DNA of 63,117 nt, the filler included, from Octopus bimaculoides (lineage: Eukaryota): assembly GCF_001194135.2 (NCBI RefSeq). It is 7 parts of 6 records of this genome, joined end to end, with 100 filler letters (N's around TTAATTAATTAA, not from the genome) between each part and the next. Parts side by side here need not be neighbours in the genome. Positions count along the whole stretch, not along the records: positions 1 to 17,425 come from NC_068984.1; 6 more parts are not named here. One strand, written 5' to 3'. Shown piece after piece: positions 1 through 11,942 of this stretch. The notes below the pieces were generated by a model. It did not search any database. It saw nothing but the letters and a program-made list of their open reading frames with translations, and had not been told where the DNA came from. Positions within the stretch are counted from its first letter, which is position 1, and each line of letters starts with the position of its first letter. A program made the translations under genes and the position numbers.

Positions 1-150
1 TGATGCTCTGAGTTGAAATTCTGCCGAGGTCAACTTTACCCTTCATTTTTTCGGGGCTATAAAATGAGTACCAATCAAGTACTGGGGTCTATATAATCGA
101 TTAGCCCCTCAAACAAAAATTCAGGCCTTGTGCCCATAATAGAAAGGATT
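1..150 (+). mobile_element. SINE family A, 3' part (cut by window edge)
   Basis: B-box-like GAGTTGAAATTC, GCCGAGGTCAACTTT core, CTGGGGTC motif and GGCCTTGTGCC...TAGAAAGGATTATT tail shared with many other copies in the window. Confidence 0.8.
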
Positions 151-152
151 AT

Positions 153-223
<71 letters not shown>

Positions 224-229
<6 letters not shown>

Positions 230-606
230 TTCTGCCGTAGCGAAGGCGGAATTATTGTTTTTTTCAGTCGTGTTTGTTTGTTTGTTTGTCCGTGGACGAG
301 ATATCTCAAAATCCACAGGATGGATTCGGATGAAATTTTCAGGGATGTTTGGCCTCGTGACTGGCACGAGCTGATTAGATTTTGGGATCGATCCGGTGCC
401 GGACAAGGATTCTAGATTATTTTTATTGTTTTGTTTTTTTTTCACTTAATTTTTGAGAGCCGTCAGGTTCATTTTTAGTATTCTCGTTTGTGAGAGCAAT
501 CAAGTTTATTTCAGATATTTTCATTTTAGAAATCATCTCCGGTTAATCCCTGAGAGGACGTTGGTTTTGCCTTGGCGGAGGTTTGCGCTCTCTGAGCGCT
601 TTTGTT
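224..606 (+). mobile_element. Helentron-associated non-autonomous element (HINE/DINE-1-like)
   Basis: 5' palindrome TTCTGCC..GGCGGAA (230-251), (GTTT)n tract, subterminal GCCTTGGCGGAG (569-580), 3' hairpin GCGCTC-TCT-GAGCGC (585-599), T-rich flanks. Confidence 0.7.
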
Positions 607-1170
607 ATTATTATTATTATTATTATTATACATTCATATATGAATATTGTTATATACTCATATATGAATGGATGTTATTTTAATGAAACGAAAATGAAGC
701 GTCAGCTTTTTTATGGCTAAAAGCTTTCTTAGCAAAACGTTCATTTGATATTTAAGATCGTTGGCGGATAAAAACGACGGAAATACGATATCTGCATTAA
801 TTAAAATATATATTTCATTAAAAAAAAATATCAAATAAAGAATTGTGAAAACACTCTATTAAGATCTGTACTGAAAGATGGCGGAGGCGGAGAAACAAAT
901 TGTCAAGTATTGTATTGTGCTGCATTGTTTTCGAACGGAAATAATACAAAGGAATATTCCAACACAAATGAAAATAGAATGAAAAATGTAATTATCTTAA
1001 CTAAAATTTTAATGATTTCATAACTGAAAGCAATTGTTGTTCTTCAGCCATAGCGTAGTCCCAGGGGCGTAGAATGGGTTGCTAGCGTCTGAAAGAAGGC
1101 AAATGTTGTGGGAAGAGCTTGTTATTATATTGTTATTGATATTAGTAATGCGACGGAGGTGGCAATGCGG

Positions 1171-1727
1171 CAGATCGATTGTCGCCCATCCCCACAAAAA
1201 TCCAGGCCTTGTGCCGATAGTAGAAAGGATATTAGGAAGGCGGCATAAGGCGGCGTAAGGCGGCGAGCTGGCAGAATCTTTAGCACGCTAGGCAAAATGC
1301 TAAACAGAATATCGTCCGTTTTAACGTTCCGAGTCAAAACCCGCTGAGGTCGACTTTGCCTTTCACCCTATCAGGATCAATAAAATAAATACCAGTTGAA
1401 CATTGGTAGGTGGGTAGGGGGTTCAACGTAATTGAATAACCTCTCCCCCGAATTTGCTGGCCTTGTGCCAAAATTTGAAATCAATATTAGCAAGGCGGTA
1501 CAAGGTGGCGAGCTGGCAGAATCGTTAGCACGCTGGGCAAANNNNNNNNNNTAAGCGACATATCGTCCGCCTTTACGTTCTGAGTTCAAATTCCGCCGAG
1601 GTTGACTTTGCTATTCATTCTTTCTGAGTAGACGAAATAAGTATTAACGGAGCCCTGGGGACGGTATAATCGACTGGACTCCTCTCACGAAATTGTCGGC
1701 TTTGTGTCAGAATTTGAAACCAATATT
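1171..1727 (+). mobile_element. Head-to-tail array of three SINE A copies (1171-1233 tail only, 1257-1488, 1502-1727)
   Basis: Repeated AAGGCGGCGAGCTGGCAGAATC head (A box), GAGTTCAAATTCC B box and GGCCTTGTGCC tail. Confidence 0.85.
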
Positions 1728-1754
1728 CTTTTCTACTCTAGGCTTCCCAATCAC

Positions 1755-1868
1755 AAGGTTTTGGTTGGTTCGAGGTTACAGCAGAAAACACTTGACCAAG
1801 GTGCCATGCAGTGGGACTGAACCCAGAACCATGTGATTGAGAAGTAAACTTTTCACCCCACAGGCACA
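1755..1868 (-). mobile_element. SINE family B, 5' part (tRNA head plus CORE-like domain)
   Basis: Reverse complement matches the head and CCTTGGGCAAGTGTCTTC-type core of the copies at 13496 and 15741. Confidence 0.7.
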
Positions 1869-2356
1869 AAATAAAAGCGTCGAACTATTTTACATGAATT
1901 TGATGAATTCTTAGCTTCGTTTAAAATAATTTTGGAGACGATTAGAAGAGTTAAAGAGTCTGGTGCATATTGTAGGACAACATCGAAGATTACGATCTAT
2001 CAACGATGTTTGGAAATTGAAAAACTACAGAAAAAGAAAATGGTTTCTGACCGTTCAAAGAAACAATTTGTTCTGTTCTTAAGACATTGAATTTGTTTAT
2101 TCTCAACTATTCTCTCTCCTCTCTCACTCTCCTCTCTCCTATCTTTCTCTCTCTCCTCTCTCTTCTCTCTCTCTCTCTCTCCATCTGACTGGCTGTCTGT
2201 CTATCTTGCTAACGGTCTTGTGATTGTGAGCGTGTGCGATTATGTATCTGCATGTGTGTATATATGTATGAACGTGTATACATGCTTCTGTGCGCACATG
2301 TGAATATGTATGCATATATGCATATATAATCACATATACACGCTCTCTCTCTCTCT

Positions 2357-2395
<39 letters not shown>

Positions 2396-3402
2396 NNNNN
2401 NNNNNNNNNNNNNNNNNNNNNNNNNNNNNNNNNNNNNNNNNNNNNNNNNNNNNNNNNNNNNNNNNNNNNNNNNNNNNNNNNNNNNNNNNNNNNNNNNNNN
2501 NNNNNNNNNNNNNNNNNNNNNNNNNNNNNNNNNNNNNNNNNNNNNNNNNNNNNNNNNNNNNNNNNNNNNNNNNNNNNNNNNNNNNNNNNNNNNNNNNNNN
2601 NNNNNNNNNNNNNNNNNNNNNNNNNNNNNNNNNNNNNNNNNNNNNNNNNNNNNNNNNNNNNNNNNNNNNNNNNNNNNNNNNNNNNNNNNNNNNNNNNNNN
2701 NNNNNNNNNNNNNNNNNNNNNNNNNNNNNNNNNNNNNNNNNNNNNATATACAAATATATAGGATATACATGCATATATACACACACATTATGACTAAATA
2801 TTTGTATATATATATATATATATATGTGAGGATGTTTGCATGTATGTAAAGAAATATGCGGGGAGACCAAGAAACATATGTGAGTGCGCGTGTTCGTATG
2901 TGTGTATGTATGTAGCATGCGTGTGTATATAAGAGAGCAAGTGAGTCAGTGTTTGTCATGTGGCATCAATCTACCATATTCTTGGTTAAATAGCTAAAAA
3001 AGAATTCTAGTAATTTCTATGACGTTAGTTTAACAGCGGCGAATGAGTAAATTTAGTCACTTTACATGTTGCCTACAGAGATGATGATGACGATGATGGT
3101 GGTGGTGGTCGTGATGTTGTTGTTGGTGGTGGTGGTGATGATGGTGATGATGATGATGACGGCGATAATGATGGTGATGATGACAGCAATGACGACTACG
3201 ATGATGATCAGGAAAACGATTATTAAGATATTGAATAATAATAAAGGCCCACGAATTTATTACCGTGAACTACATTACCTGTAAATAAATCGAATGTAGA
3301 TATTCATAAGCAATCATTTAACCTGTTAAAAACCAATCAAAACCCTTTCACATCCCGGGACTGTCTTGCATCTCTATAAAGTCACCAGTCGACTTTGCAT
3401 TC

Positions 3403-3630
3403 AATATCGATTTCAAATTTTGGCACAAGGCCAGAAATTTTGGGAAGGGGGTAAAGTTAGTTATATCGACCCTCAGTGCTCCGCTGGTGCTTGTTTCATC
3501 AACCCTGAAAGGATCAAAGGCAAAGTCGACCTAAGCGAAAATTTGAACCCAGGACGCTAAGACGGATGAAATGTCACTAAGCACATTATCCGGTGTGCTC
3601 ACGATTCTCTCAGCTCACCGTCTCCACCTT
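3403..3630 (-). mobile_element. SINE family A
   Basis: Full-length diverged reverse-complement match to family A. Confidence 0.8.
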
Positions 3631-3639
3631 GCATTGAAT

Positions 3640-3810
3640 GTTACAGCCATTTTGGGGCTGGTCCATACCGTGTTTCTTAACTTGCTTGATCGAATTCAGA
3701 AACAAGCTGTTAACGTGGTGGATCCTCTTTTTTCTATTAGTTTGGAGTCTTTGGCTTGTCATTAAACTACATCATCCATTTCTCTGACGAATCTTCTGGT
3801 CTCGTACCCT
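3640..3810 (+). mobile_element. CR1-group LINE ORF2 C-terminal relic
   Basis: Translation LNLLDRIQKQAVNVVDPLFSISLESLA...HFSDESSGLVP resembles the LLDRIQ...SL.HRR...CS.ELSSLVP post-RT region of CR1/L2-group LINEs. Confidence 0.6.
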
Positions 3811-4063
3811 CAAAACCTTTTAACATATATCATCAATTTCTCTGTCGAACCTTCTGGTCTCGTACCCTCAAAACCTTTTAACATATATCATCCATTTCTC
3901 TGTCGAACCTTCTGGTCTCGTACCCTCAAAACCTTTTAACATATATCATCCATTTCTCTGTCGAACCTTCTGGTCTCATACCCTCAACACCTTTTAAATG
4001 TATCACCCATTTCCTAGACGAACCTGTTGGCCTCGTACCCTCAAGACCTTTTAACATATACCA
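3770..4063. repeat. 58-bp minisatellite, about 5 copies visible, runs into a gap
   Basis: Unit TCATCCATTTCTCTGTCGAACCTTCTGGTCTCGTACCCTCAAAACCTTTTAACATATA; the register shifts 2 nt per 60-nt line. Confidence 0.95.
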
Positions 4064-5043
4064 NNNNNNNNNNNNNNNNNNNNNNNNNNNNNNNNNNNNN
4101 NNNNNNNNNNNNNNNNNNNNNNNNNNNNNNNNNNNNNNNNNNNNNNNNNNNNNNNNNNNNNNNNNNNNNNNNNNNNNNNNNNNNNNNNNNNNNNNNNNNN
4201 NNNNNNNNNNNNNNNNNNNNNNNNNNNNNNNNNNNNNNNNNNNNNNNNNNNNNNNNNNNNNNNNNNNNNNNNNNNNNNNNNNNNNNNNNNNNNNNNNNNN
4301 NNNNNNNNNNNNNNNNNNNNNNNNNNNNNNNNNNNNNNNNNNNNNNNNNNNNNNNNNNNNNNNNNNNNNNNNNNNNNNNNNNNNNNNNNNNNNNNNNNNN
4401 NNNNNNNNNNNNNNNNNNNNNNNNNNNNNNNNNNNNNNNNNNNNNNNNNNNNNNNNNNNNNNNNNNNNNNNNNNNNNNNNNNNNNNNNNNNNNNNNNNNN
4501 NNNNNNNNNNNNNNNNNNNNNNNNNNNNNNNNNNNNNNNNNNNNNNNNNNNNNNNNNNNNNNNNNNNNNNNNNNNNNNNNNNNNNNNNNNNNNNNNNNNN
4601 NNNNNNNNNNNNNNNNNNNNNNNNNNNNNNNNNNNNNNNNNNNNNNNNNNNNNNNNNNNNNNNNNNNNNNNNNNNNNNNNNNNNNNNNNNNNNNNNNNNN
4701 NNNNNNNNNNNNNNNNNNNNNNNNNNNNNNNNNNNNNNNNNNNNNNNNNNNNNNNNNNNNNNNNNNNNNNNNNNNNNNNNNNNNNNNNNNNNNNNNNNNN
4801 NNNNNNNNNNNNNNNNNNNNNNNNNACTTATATATATACATACATACGTACATACATACATACATACATACATACATGCACACACACATACATGCACACA
4901 CACATACACACATACATATCCTTTCTTTGTTGGCAGGAAATCTTGAAATAAACTGAATAATGACACACATACATACACACATACATACACATACAAACAT
5001 AGATACATACACACATACATACACATACAAACATAACACAAAC

Positions 5044-5185
5044 ATAATTGAAGCACTAGGTTTTGTTAGTAAATGCTTAAAGGAGAATCTGGATAAACTG
5101 GGATTTTCAGAAAGAGGAATCAACCGGCTGATTATTACATTACGAGTCCAATCTGTAAGTGGAACAGTAAAAATATGCAAAGATG
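5044..5185 (+). mobile_element. R4/Dong-clade (REL endonuclease) LINE 3' relic
   Basis: IIEALGFVSKCLKENLDKLGF...QSVSGTVKICK matches the C-terminal IIGALG...GT.KI motif. Confidence 0.65.
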
Positions 5186-6499
5186 GAGCCTTGTATCTTT
5201 GTTGGAAACCGGGTCCCTCCTCAGTGGAAGATTTATAATAATTTTTTTAAAATACATACATACATAGAGCTCTAAATACCTAAATCTGGGATTTCAAATT
5301 ATTCCTGCCTCTAAACATAGCATTTATTTTATATATTTTTGTTCTTTTGTCATTTTTAAAAATATATTTCTCATTTACGTCTGCCTTCAGAAAACAAACA
5401 CCACAATTTTTCGCAGAGCGATGAGTAAAGCGACCTTCACAGAGTCGATCGGTTTACTAAAATTACAGCGAAACCTCTTTGAAATTCCACTTTACCATTT
5501 AAAAAATGGATGAAAATAATAGATAAAGTAATCCTGAATATATGTGTGTGTGTGTGTGTGTGTGCATATGCGTGTATACACACGCACACACACACACAAG
5601 ACATTAAAGAAGATGGAGAATTATACATCCAGACAGTTTTATTTTATTATTCATTATTACAGTCTTTTATACCGTATATTCTCTTTAAACTCCCTTTCGA
5701 CGTATGTCTCTGTTACATGGATATCTTGTTATGTGGAGTTCATTTGCATCCTGTTGAGTCGGCTGCATTAATATTTCATCTTGGCTAAACATATCCAAGC
5801 GGCTTTATTCGAGGCGTTGCCGTTAGCAGAGTTTGAAGTGAACTAATATATAATGGTTTTGACAGACTTATATTTTAGATAGTGGACATTTGTGTTGATT
5901 GCAAGGGATAGTAGAAGTATTAAGAGAAAAATATGATACGGCTATAAAATACTTTATCAATTTAAACCCAGGATGACTCTAATGTTTAGAAGTAGTGTCT
6001 AGAAAGGCTAAATACTAAACTAGGTCAGAGTATTTTTCGTCCACTAGCCTTGAGCGAAATGGATAGGTATAATTTCTGTGCGTCGCTAAGGCAGTTAGAA
6101 CTTAAAATATAAGATAGAAAGAATTTGCTTCTAAAGCCAGGGGTATAGGCCACAATATGGTAGATTACATCTAACTACAGTGAGATCAGAATTATTGTCT
6201 TGATAAATCAACCTTTGATCTAATGTATATATATATATATATATNNNNNNNNNNNNNNNNNNNNNNNNNNNNNNNNNNNNNNNNNNNNNNNNNNNNNNNN
6301 NNNNNNNNNNNNNNNNNNNNNNNNNNNNNNNNNNNNNNNNNNNNNNNNNNNNNNNNNNNNNNNNNNNNNNNNNNNNNNNNNNNNNNNNNNNNNNNNNNNN
6401 NNNNNNNNNNNNNTATATATATGCATATCTATGTATGTGTGCTATTAGTAACACGTAATCCGATGTAACTCGCTGCAGGGTCGGACTATCGACGGCTAA

Positions 6500-6830
6500 A
6501 TCGGCAACTCTACCAAGAAGGCTGGTTTTCGTTGGACACCCTGATGGATGAAAGAAAAAGGACCAGTCAAAGGGTGGATAAACTCTGTAGAATCAACGGC
6601 CATCCAATAGTTGGGAGCGAGAGACCCCTTGTCTTTGTTAAGACATCTCTCGAAGAAATGGAAAGCTCTGATGTAACACCTGCCATTTCGTTTGCATCCA
6701 ACGATGTAGGCTGGTTCTACTCTTTTGTCAAAAGTCGTTTTGAGAGAGTGAGTGATCACATGCAAAACCTTTCCTTACATCAAAAAGCTTCAGGTACAAG
6801 CGTTGCTTGATTTTTAACTTCTCTTATTTA
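6500..6830 (-). mobile_element. Penelope-like element GIY-YIG endonuclease C-terminal relic
   Basis: H...FD...FHFFERCLNKDKGSLAPNYW resembles the PLE C-terminal H..F...E..HI....LN.D.G motif. Confidence 0.5.
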
Positions 6831-6966
6831 TTGTAACAACTGGGTTTTATTTTGTCAACTTCGAGGCAATGTTCTTCACTCTGACAGTATTTAAATTTAG
6901 GAGGCAGATTGGTATAAATGTTATGGAGAAAAGGGTCATAAGCCATCACACTTTTATTTTTTAAAT

Positions 6967-7277
6967 GTTGTATGCTGTCAACTTAATGTGACAGTCCCCT
7001 GAAGGGAATAATACTACTGTTGGTTAGACCTAGGAAACTGCACTGTTTCCTGTCGGACTTGACACATTTCCTGTGTCCTTATGTTTACGAGCAAAGACTC
7101 AGAAACTAGTCTCTAGATGCAGGCTTAGCTGGGTGGAGGTGCTTGTCTCCCCCTTGTAAACATAAGGACACAGGAAATGTGTCAAGGCCGACAGGAAGCG
7201 GTGCAGCTTCCTAGGTCTAACCAACAGTAGTATTATTCCCTTCAGGGGACTGTCACATTAAGTTGACAGCATACAAC
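6967..7277. repeat. Long inverted repeat, 122-bp arms (6967-7088 / 7156-7277), 67-bp spacer
   Basis: Direct inspection; only a few mismatches between arms. Confidence 0.95.
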
Positions 7278-8908
7278 TACTTCATCGTATCACTACTGCA
7301 TAAATCTCCCTGAGAGATTTAGAAATGTATTATTTCTAAATTTTATTTTTTACTTTTAAAATTCTAATCTTGGGGTTTTCTAATTTTCTTTCCTTTCACA
7401 GGGGATTCATCAGTCCCAAGAAAATAAGATGTTAATAAGGTGACAAACTACTTTCTCTTCCATCTTTTATAATGCTGCTGAGGCATTAATTCCGTTAACT
7501 GTCTGCGCATGTGTCAAAATGTTATAGCTCCGACATCCTTAGATATAATTACTCATGAACGTTTGCATATGCCAGCAGTTTTCAGATAGGTTTTTTTAAG
7601 ATACAGACCCCAAATATTTATGGGAGACTTATGGGAAAACCCTTCAAACTTGACAACAGAAAAAAATCTATATACGTATATATATTTTCGTTTTAATTCA
7701 TTTAAAAAAAATATAACGAAACCATTTCGTACCAGACTAACAGATTAAAGAAGAAGCCTCTAGAATATCATGAAGAATCTGATCACATATGGCAGCCAAG
7801 TAACAAAAGTCTGCAGATTTAATGGCTGATGCTCAGAATTTTAATTTCCTCACCATGTTAACGTTTGCAGAATTTAAATCTTTGTTTCATTAGAAATATT
7901 TGACGTATCAACGGCGGTATCAAATGGATTTGACACCCAATTTGTTTTTTGACATTTTTTTTTGTTTTTTTAGTGATTTGTATTGCTCTGCACAAAAGTA
8001 TTTTCCGGTATTAAATTGTAAAAGACGAAGATTATATGCGATATTATCGAAGATGCTGCTGTATTTTTTAAAATCAGCATCTATCGTGGGTGTCTGCATT
8101 TAAAGAAAATTACAGAAGTCTGTCTTCCTGACACCTTCTTCCCGAAGCCTTGGCAGATCCTCCATATCTTGATTATTTGAAAAATAAGATCTCGCCTTTT
8201 CGTTGAAGTGATTAATTCGGTGTTCAAATATGGAAGTCAGGTAATCCTATGTTACATGGCGTTCATATTTGAAGTCATATAACCCTATGGGATGATTTAC
8301 TTTAAAACTTCGCAGAATCGGGTTTCGCATTGGTAACAAATATCGAAAATTTCAGTAAGAAGTTTGAAATCCCAAACTAGAAATCTCCCCTTTTTATGCC
8401 ACTAAAGTGGAGGATTTAGCAACAATGCCGTGTATTCGGCCTCCATTTCTTCACAAAGTCTCTAAAACACTCGGAACCGTTTTGAATGGATTTTTACACG
8501 CTTTACAATATCAAATAGTTTCATAACCCCCATTAACTGCCAACTTTTTTATTTATATTTTTTGGCTTTGCTAAGTGTTTTAGGAGTTAAAATAATATAT
8601 GGTATTTAAATTTTCTTCATATGTGAATTGTTTTGAAAATTATGATAAATTTTTTGAAAAGTCCCAAATGGGGATCGCTGAAAAAAAGCATATTTATCCT
8701 TTTCTATTCAATTGCAATAATAAACATTTTGGGGTTTTTTTTTAACTATAGTATCAAATGCGAATGTATATGAAATATCAATGAATGATATAAGTGGGAA
8801 ATGCCAAAAATAAATAAATAAACCTTTTCGAAACAGTCAACAGTTTTGTAGTTCAAAAATTGCGATTAATGACATAAAATGTCCTCTAGAATTAGCCAGA
8901 GCTAATAA

Positions 8909-9120
8909 TGACCTTAACTACTAACTATTAACCTTAACTACTAACTATTGTTAGTATGTATGACCTTAACTATTGTTAGTATGACCTAAACTAGTATGTA
9001 TGACCTTAACTTAGTATGTATGACATTAACTATTGTTAGTAGTATGACCTTAACTACTAACTATTGTTAACTACTAACTATTGTTACTAACTATTAAACC
9101 TTAACTACTAAATATTGTTA
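8909..9120. repeat. Mosaic AT-rich tandem repeat built from TGACCTTAAC / TACTAAC / TATTGTTAG / TATGTA modules
   Basis: Direct inspection. Confidence 0.85.
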
Positions 9121-9199
9121 AACACACCTCTGCAAATGCAACGTACATAAGCAATTCGCTTTAAATACAACGAACAACCGGCAGGGAGACAGTTCTTAG

Positions 9200-9238
9200 C
9201 AGATCCCCAAATGGGGCTCATGGCAGGCAAGGGGTTAA
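9200..9238. mobile_element. Possible piggyBac-type terminus
   Basis: ...GGCAGGCAAGGGG followed by TTAA (9235-9238); CCCAAATGGGG motif also occurs near 8664; no matching other end identified. Confidence 0.3.
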
Positions 9239-9479
9239 GTTGATACTTTTCCATTCCAACAATATTTCCCTGTAAATAATACAGAGAATGCTGATGCATA
9301 CGGGAGAAATGTGTTTCACTTGCATCTATAACACTTTATCGAATACTCATCATTGCTACAATCCTGTCAGTAGTCAGGAACGAATTTTTCTTCCGAAATT
9401 CGAGTTTTAACAACGAAATTATCAGTCGAGGCTATTGGAAAAAGCCTCACTAGTGTTTTTTTTCCCCACCAATGTCAAT

Positions 9480-9775
9480 ATTTTTTTCGTTGAGCCCCAG
9501 GACTCGTAAGGCTGGTTACCCGTTTTCCATGGCGTACGAGTGACTGAAATAACCACATTCACTTGAACGAGACGCCAGTCTGTTGCAGGGTTAAAGGCCA
9601 GCAATTTTGAGGGGAGGGGCAAGTCGGTCATATCAATCCCAGTACTTGACCGGTACTTTATTTTATCGACCCCGAAAGGCAAAGTTGATCTCGGCAGAAT
9701 TTAAACTCAAACTTAAAGAGCCGGAAGAAATGAGGTTAAACATTTTGTCCGGCGAGCTAACGATTCTACCAGTGC
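9480..9775 (-). mobile_element. SINE family A with 3' extension (CCTGCAACAGACTGGC...)
   Basis: Reverse-complement match to family A at about 9590-9775, continuing into a tail related to the family E tail. Confidence 0.7.
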
Positions 9776-9829
9776 ACTTATGTTAATACAACCCAGTTAA
9801 TGTGCATATATTGTGTATACAGTTCTATA

Positions 9830-9996
9830 TTTAAGAGATAAGGAATTATGTACATTATTTACATTTGATGGATATTTGTCCTCATCTTCTTTGTTGTTAA
9901 CACAACATTTTTGCTGATATACCCTCCAGCCTTTTTTCAGGTGTCTTGGGGAAATTTCGAACCTGGGTTCTCATTCCTAAGGTATTTTTCGATGTC

Positions 9997-10027
<31 letters not shown>

Positions 10028-10097
10028 TCATTGCTTGGAATCGAATTCGGAATCTTAGGGAAATTTCGAACCTAGGTTCTCATTCCTAAGGTATTTT
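9830..10097 (-). mobile_element. Penelope-like pLTR relic with degenerate hammerhead and partial tandem repeat
   Basis: Minus strand CTGAAAA-GGCTG...CAGC-AAAAA; 45-bp direct repeat 9944-9988 / 10053-10097. Confidence 0.6.
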
Positions 10098-10315
10098 CAG
10101 AAAGTCTCTCCGCAGTAAGTCTCAACCTAGGATGTTGTCACACGGCAGTAAAAAAGAAATTAAATTTTATGTATTGAAAATGAAGGACGACACTTTCAAA
10201 ACCTCTTATAAAGTTTTTTAAAGTCTTGTAAAGTATAATATTTTATATTCTTTTGTAGTCTTATAAATATTTATTTTACAATAAAATACTGCGGAGAGAC
10301 TTTTTGAACACCCTG
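10096..10315. mobile_element. Tc1/mariner-type MITE, left TIR truncated
   Basis: TTCAGAAAGTCTCTCCGCAGTA versus TACTGCGGAGAGACTTTTTGAACACCCTG followed by TA. Confidence 0.75.
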
Positions 10316-10900
10316 TATATTGCTAACCAAAGTAAATTTCTTCACACAAATGACCATTCTAGAAAACAGAGAACCATCAGAAAGGCTCGGTTTTCCGTCG
10401 AACAAACAATAAAATTGGTTTTGACAATCTAACGAAATAGGCCAAAATCTGAAAATTTCATATTAGTCTTTGTTTAATAAAAATGAATTTTTGAACATAA
10501 AAGAAACTTCTTTTGAAAACAGAAAATTAGTAACTTACTCTATTTTCAAGTCTCGTGCGATTAGAACATAACGCTTGATTATTTCAAATAGCGCACAGTA
10601 AATTAATAATGAAACTTAATTGAAATGAATGAAATTATCCTATTCCATGTTTGTTTTTGCAACCATATCGCTATTTGAAACATTAGCAGGTCTCATTATA
10701 TTATCACAACGATTGTTATATTCGTTTTTTTTTTTTTACCTTAAAATCTCCGGGGGACAGGAATAGTTTGTAAGAGTTCACAAAATGAAATTTTTGTCAA
10801 AACAGATGTTTCTTCTAAATTTTTCTTTCTTTTTTTTTTTGTAATGGTAATTATGTTATACCTAATATTAACATTTTCGATCAAATTCCTCTGTTGTATA

Positions 10901-11105
10901 AAATACTGAGCGGCATTTCGGGACGTTCTGAGTTCAAATCCCCCTGAGATCAACTTTGCCTTTAACCTTTCGGGGGTCAATAAAAATGAAGTACCAGGTA
11001 AGTACCAGTGAAACACTGGGGTCGACGTAATCGACTTAATCCCTTTGTCTGTCCTTGTTTGTCCCCTCTATGTTTAGACCCCTGTGGGCAATACAGAAAT
11101 AAATA
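10901..11105 (+). mobile_element. SINE family A with alternative tail (TAATCCCTTTGTCTGTCC...)
   Basis: Same tail as the copy at 48455-48690. Confidence 0.8.
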
Positions 11106-11177
11106 TATACAAACTTATGCGCACGCGTAGACACGAAAAGACATAATCAAATTGATATTTATGCATTCATAGAAGGC

Positions 11178-11275
11178 GGTCGATAAATTAAGTACCGGTT
11201 GTGTACTGGGGACCGATCTAATCGACTAGCCCCTTCCCCCAAATTTCAGGTCTTGTGCCTATTGTAGAAGGGAGA
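11178..11275 (+). mobile_element. SINE family A, 3' fragment
   Basis: GTCGATAAATTAAGTACC...TTGTGCCTATTGTAGAAGG. Confidence 0.75.
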
Positions 11276-11620
11276 TTTATGCATTCATAATCACGCAGAT
11301 GAACATCCAAAGATACAAAACATACTTTCTGCCAGCATCCATAAACGCAAACGCACTCATAAACACACATTGTGAAAACGTACACATACACACACAAAAA
11401 TACGATAAGAAGCAAACGCATATCCAGATACACTGATACATACAAACATACATACACACACGTAAACACGAATAAGTATATATATCCAAGCACACATATA
11501 TCTATTGATGTACGCGAAAATACAAATCCGTAAACATAAAAAACGGTCATAAACACATGCTGACAAAAACTACACATACATACAGAATCGCAAACAAATG
11601 CCTATCACTACACATCAATG

Positions 11621-11696
<76 letters not shown>

Positions 11697-11942
11697 CACA
11701 CACACACACATATATACACAACCGCACGGATAGGAACTAACGCAATAAAATAAACCAATAACATTATTTTCTGAATAGCATTACTTCCGGTCGATTTAAA
11801 CTTCCTTTTGTGTGTGTGTGGTTTGATGCAATAAAATAGCAATGGAAAATATAAACGTATTACAACTATGATACATTATATAACACAGCTATGATATATT
11901 ATATAATACAACTATATGTTATAGTTGTATTATGTTATATCG

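Noticed and set aside
3770-4063. CRISPR-like regular repeats
   Set aside because: Contiguous tandem units with no unique spacers, in eukaryotic context
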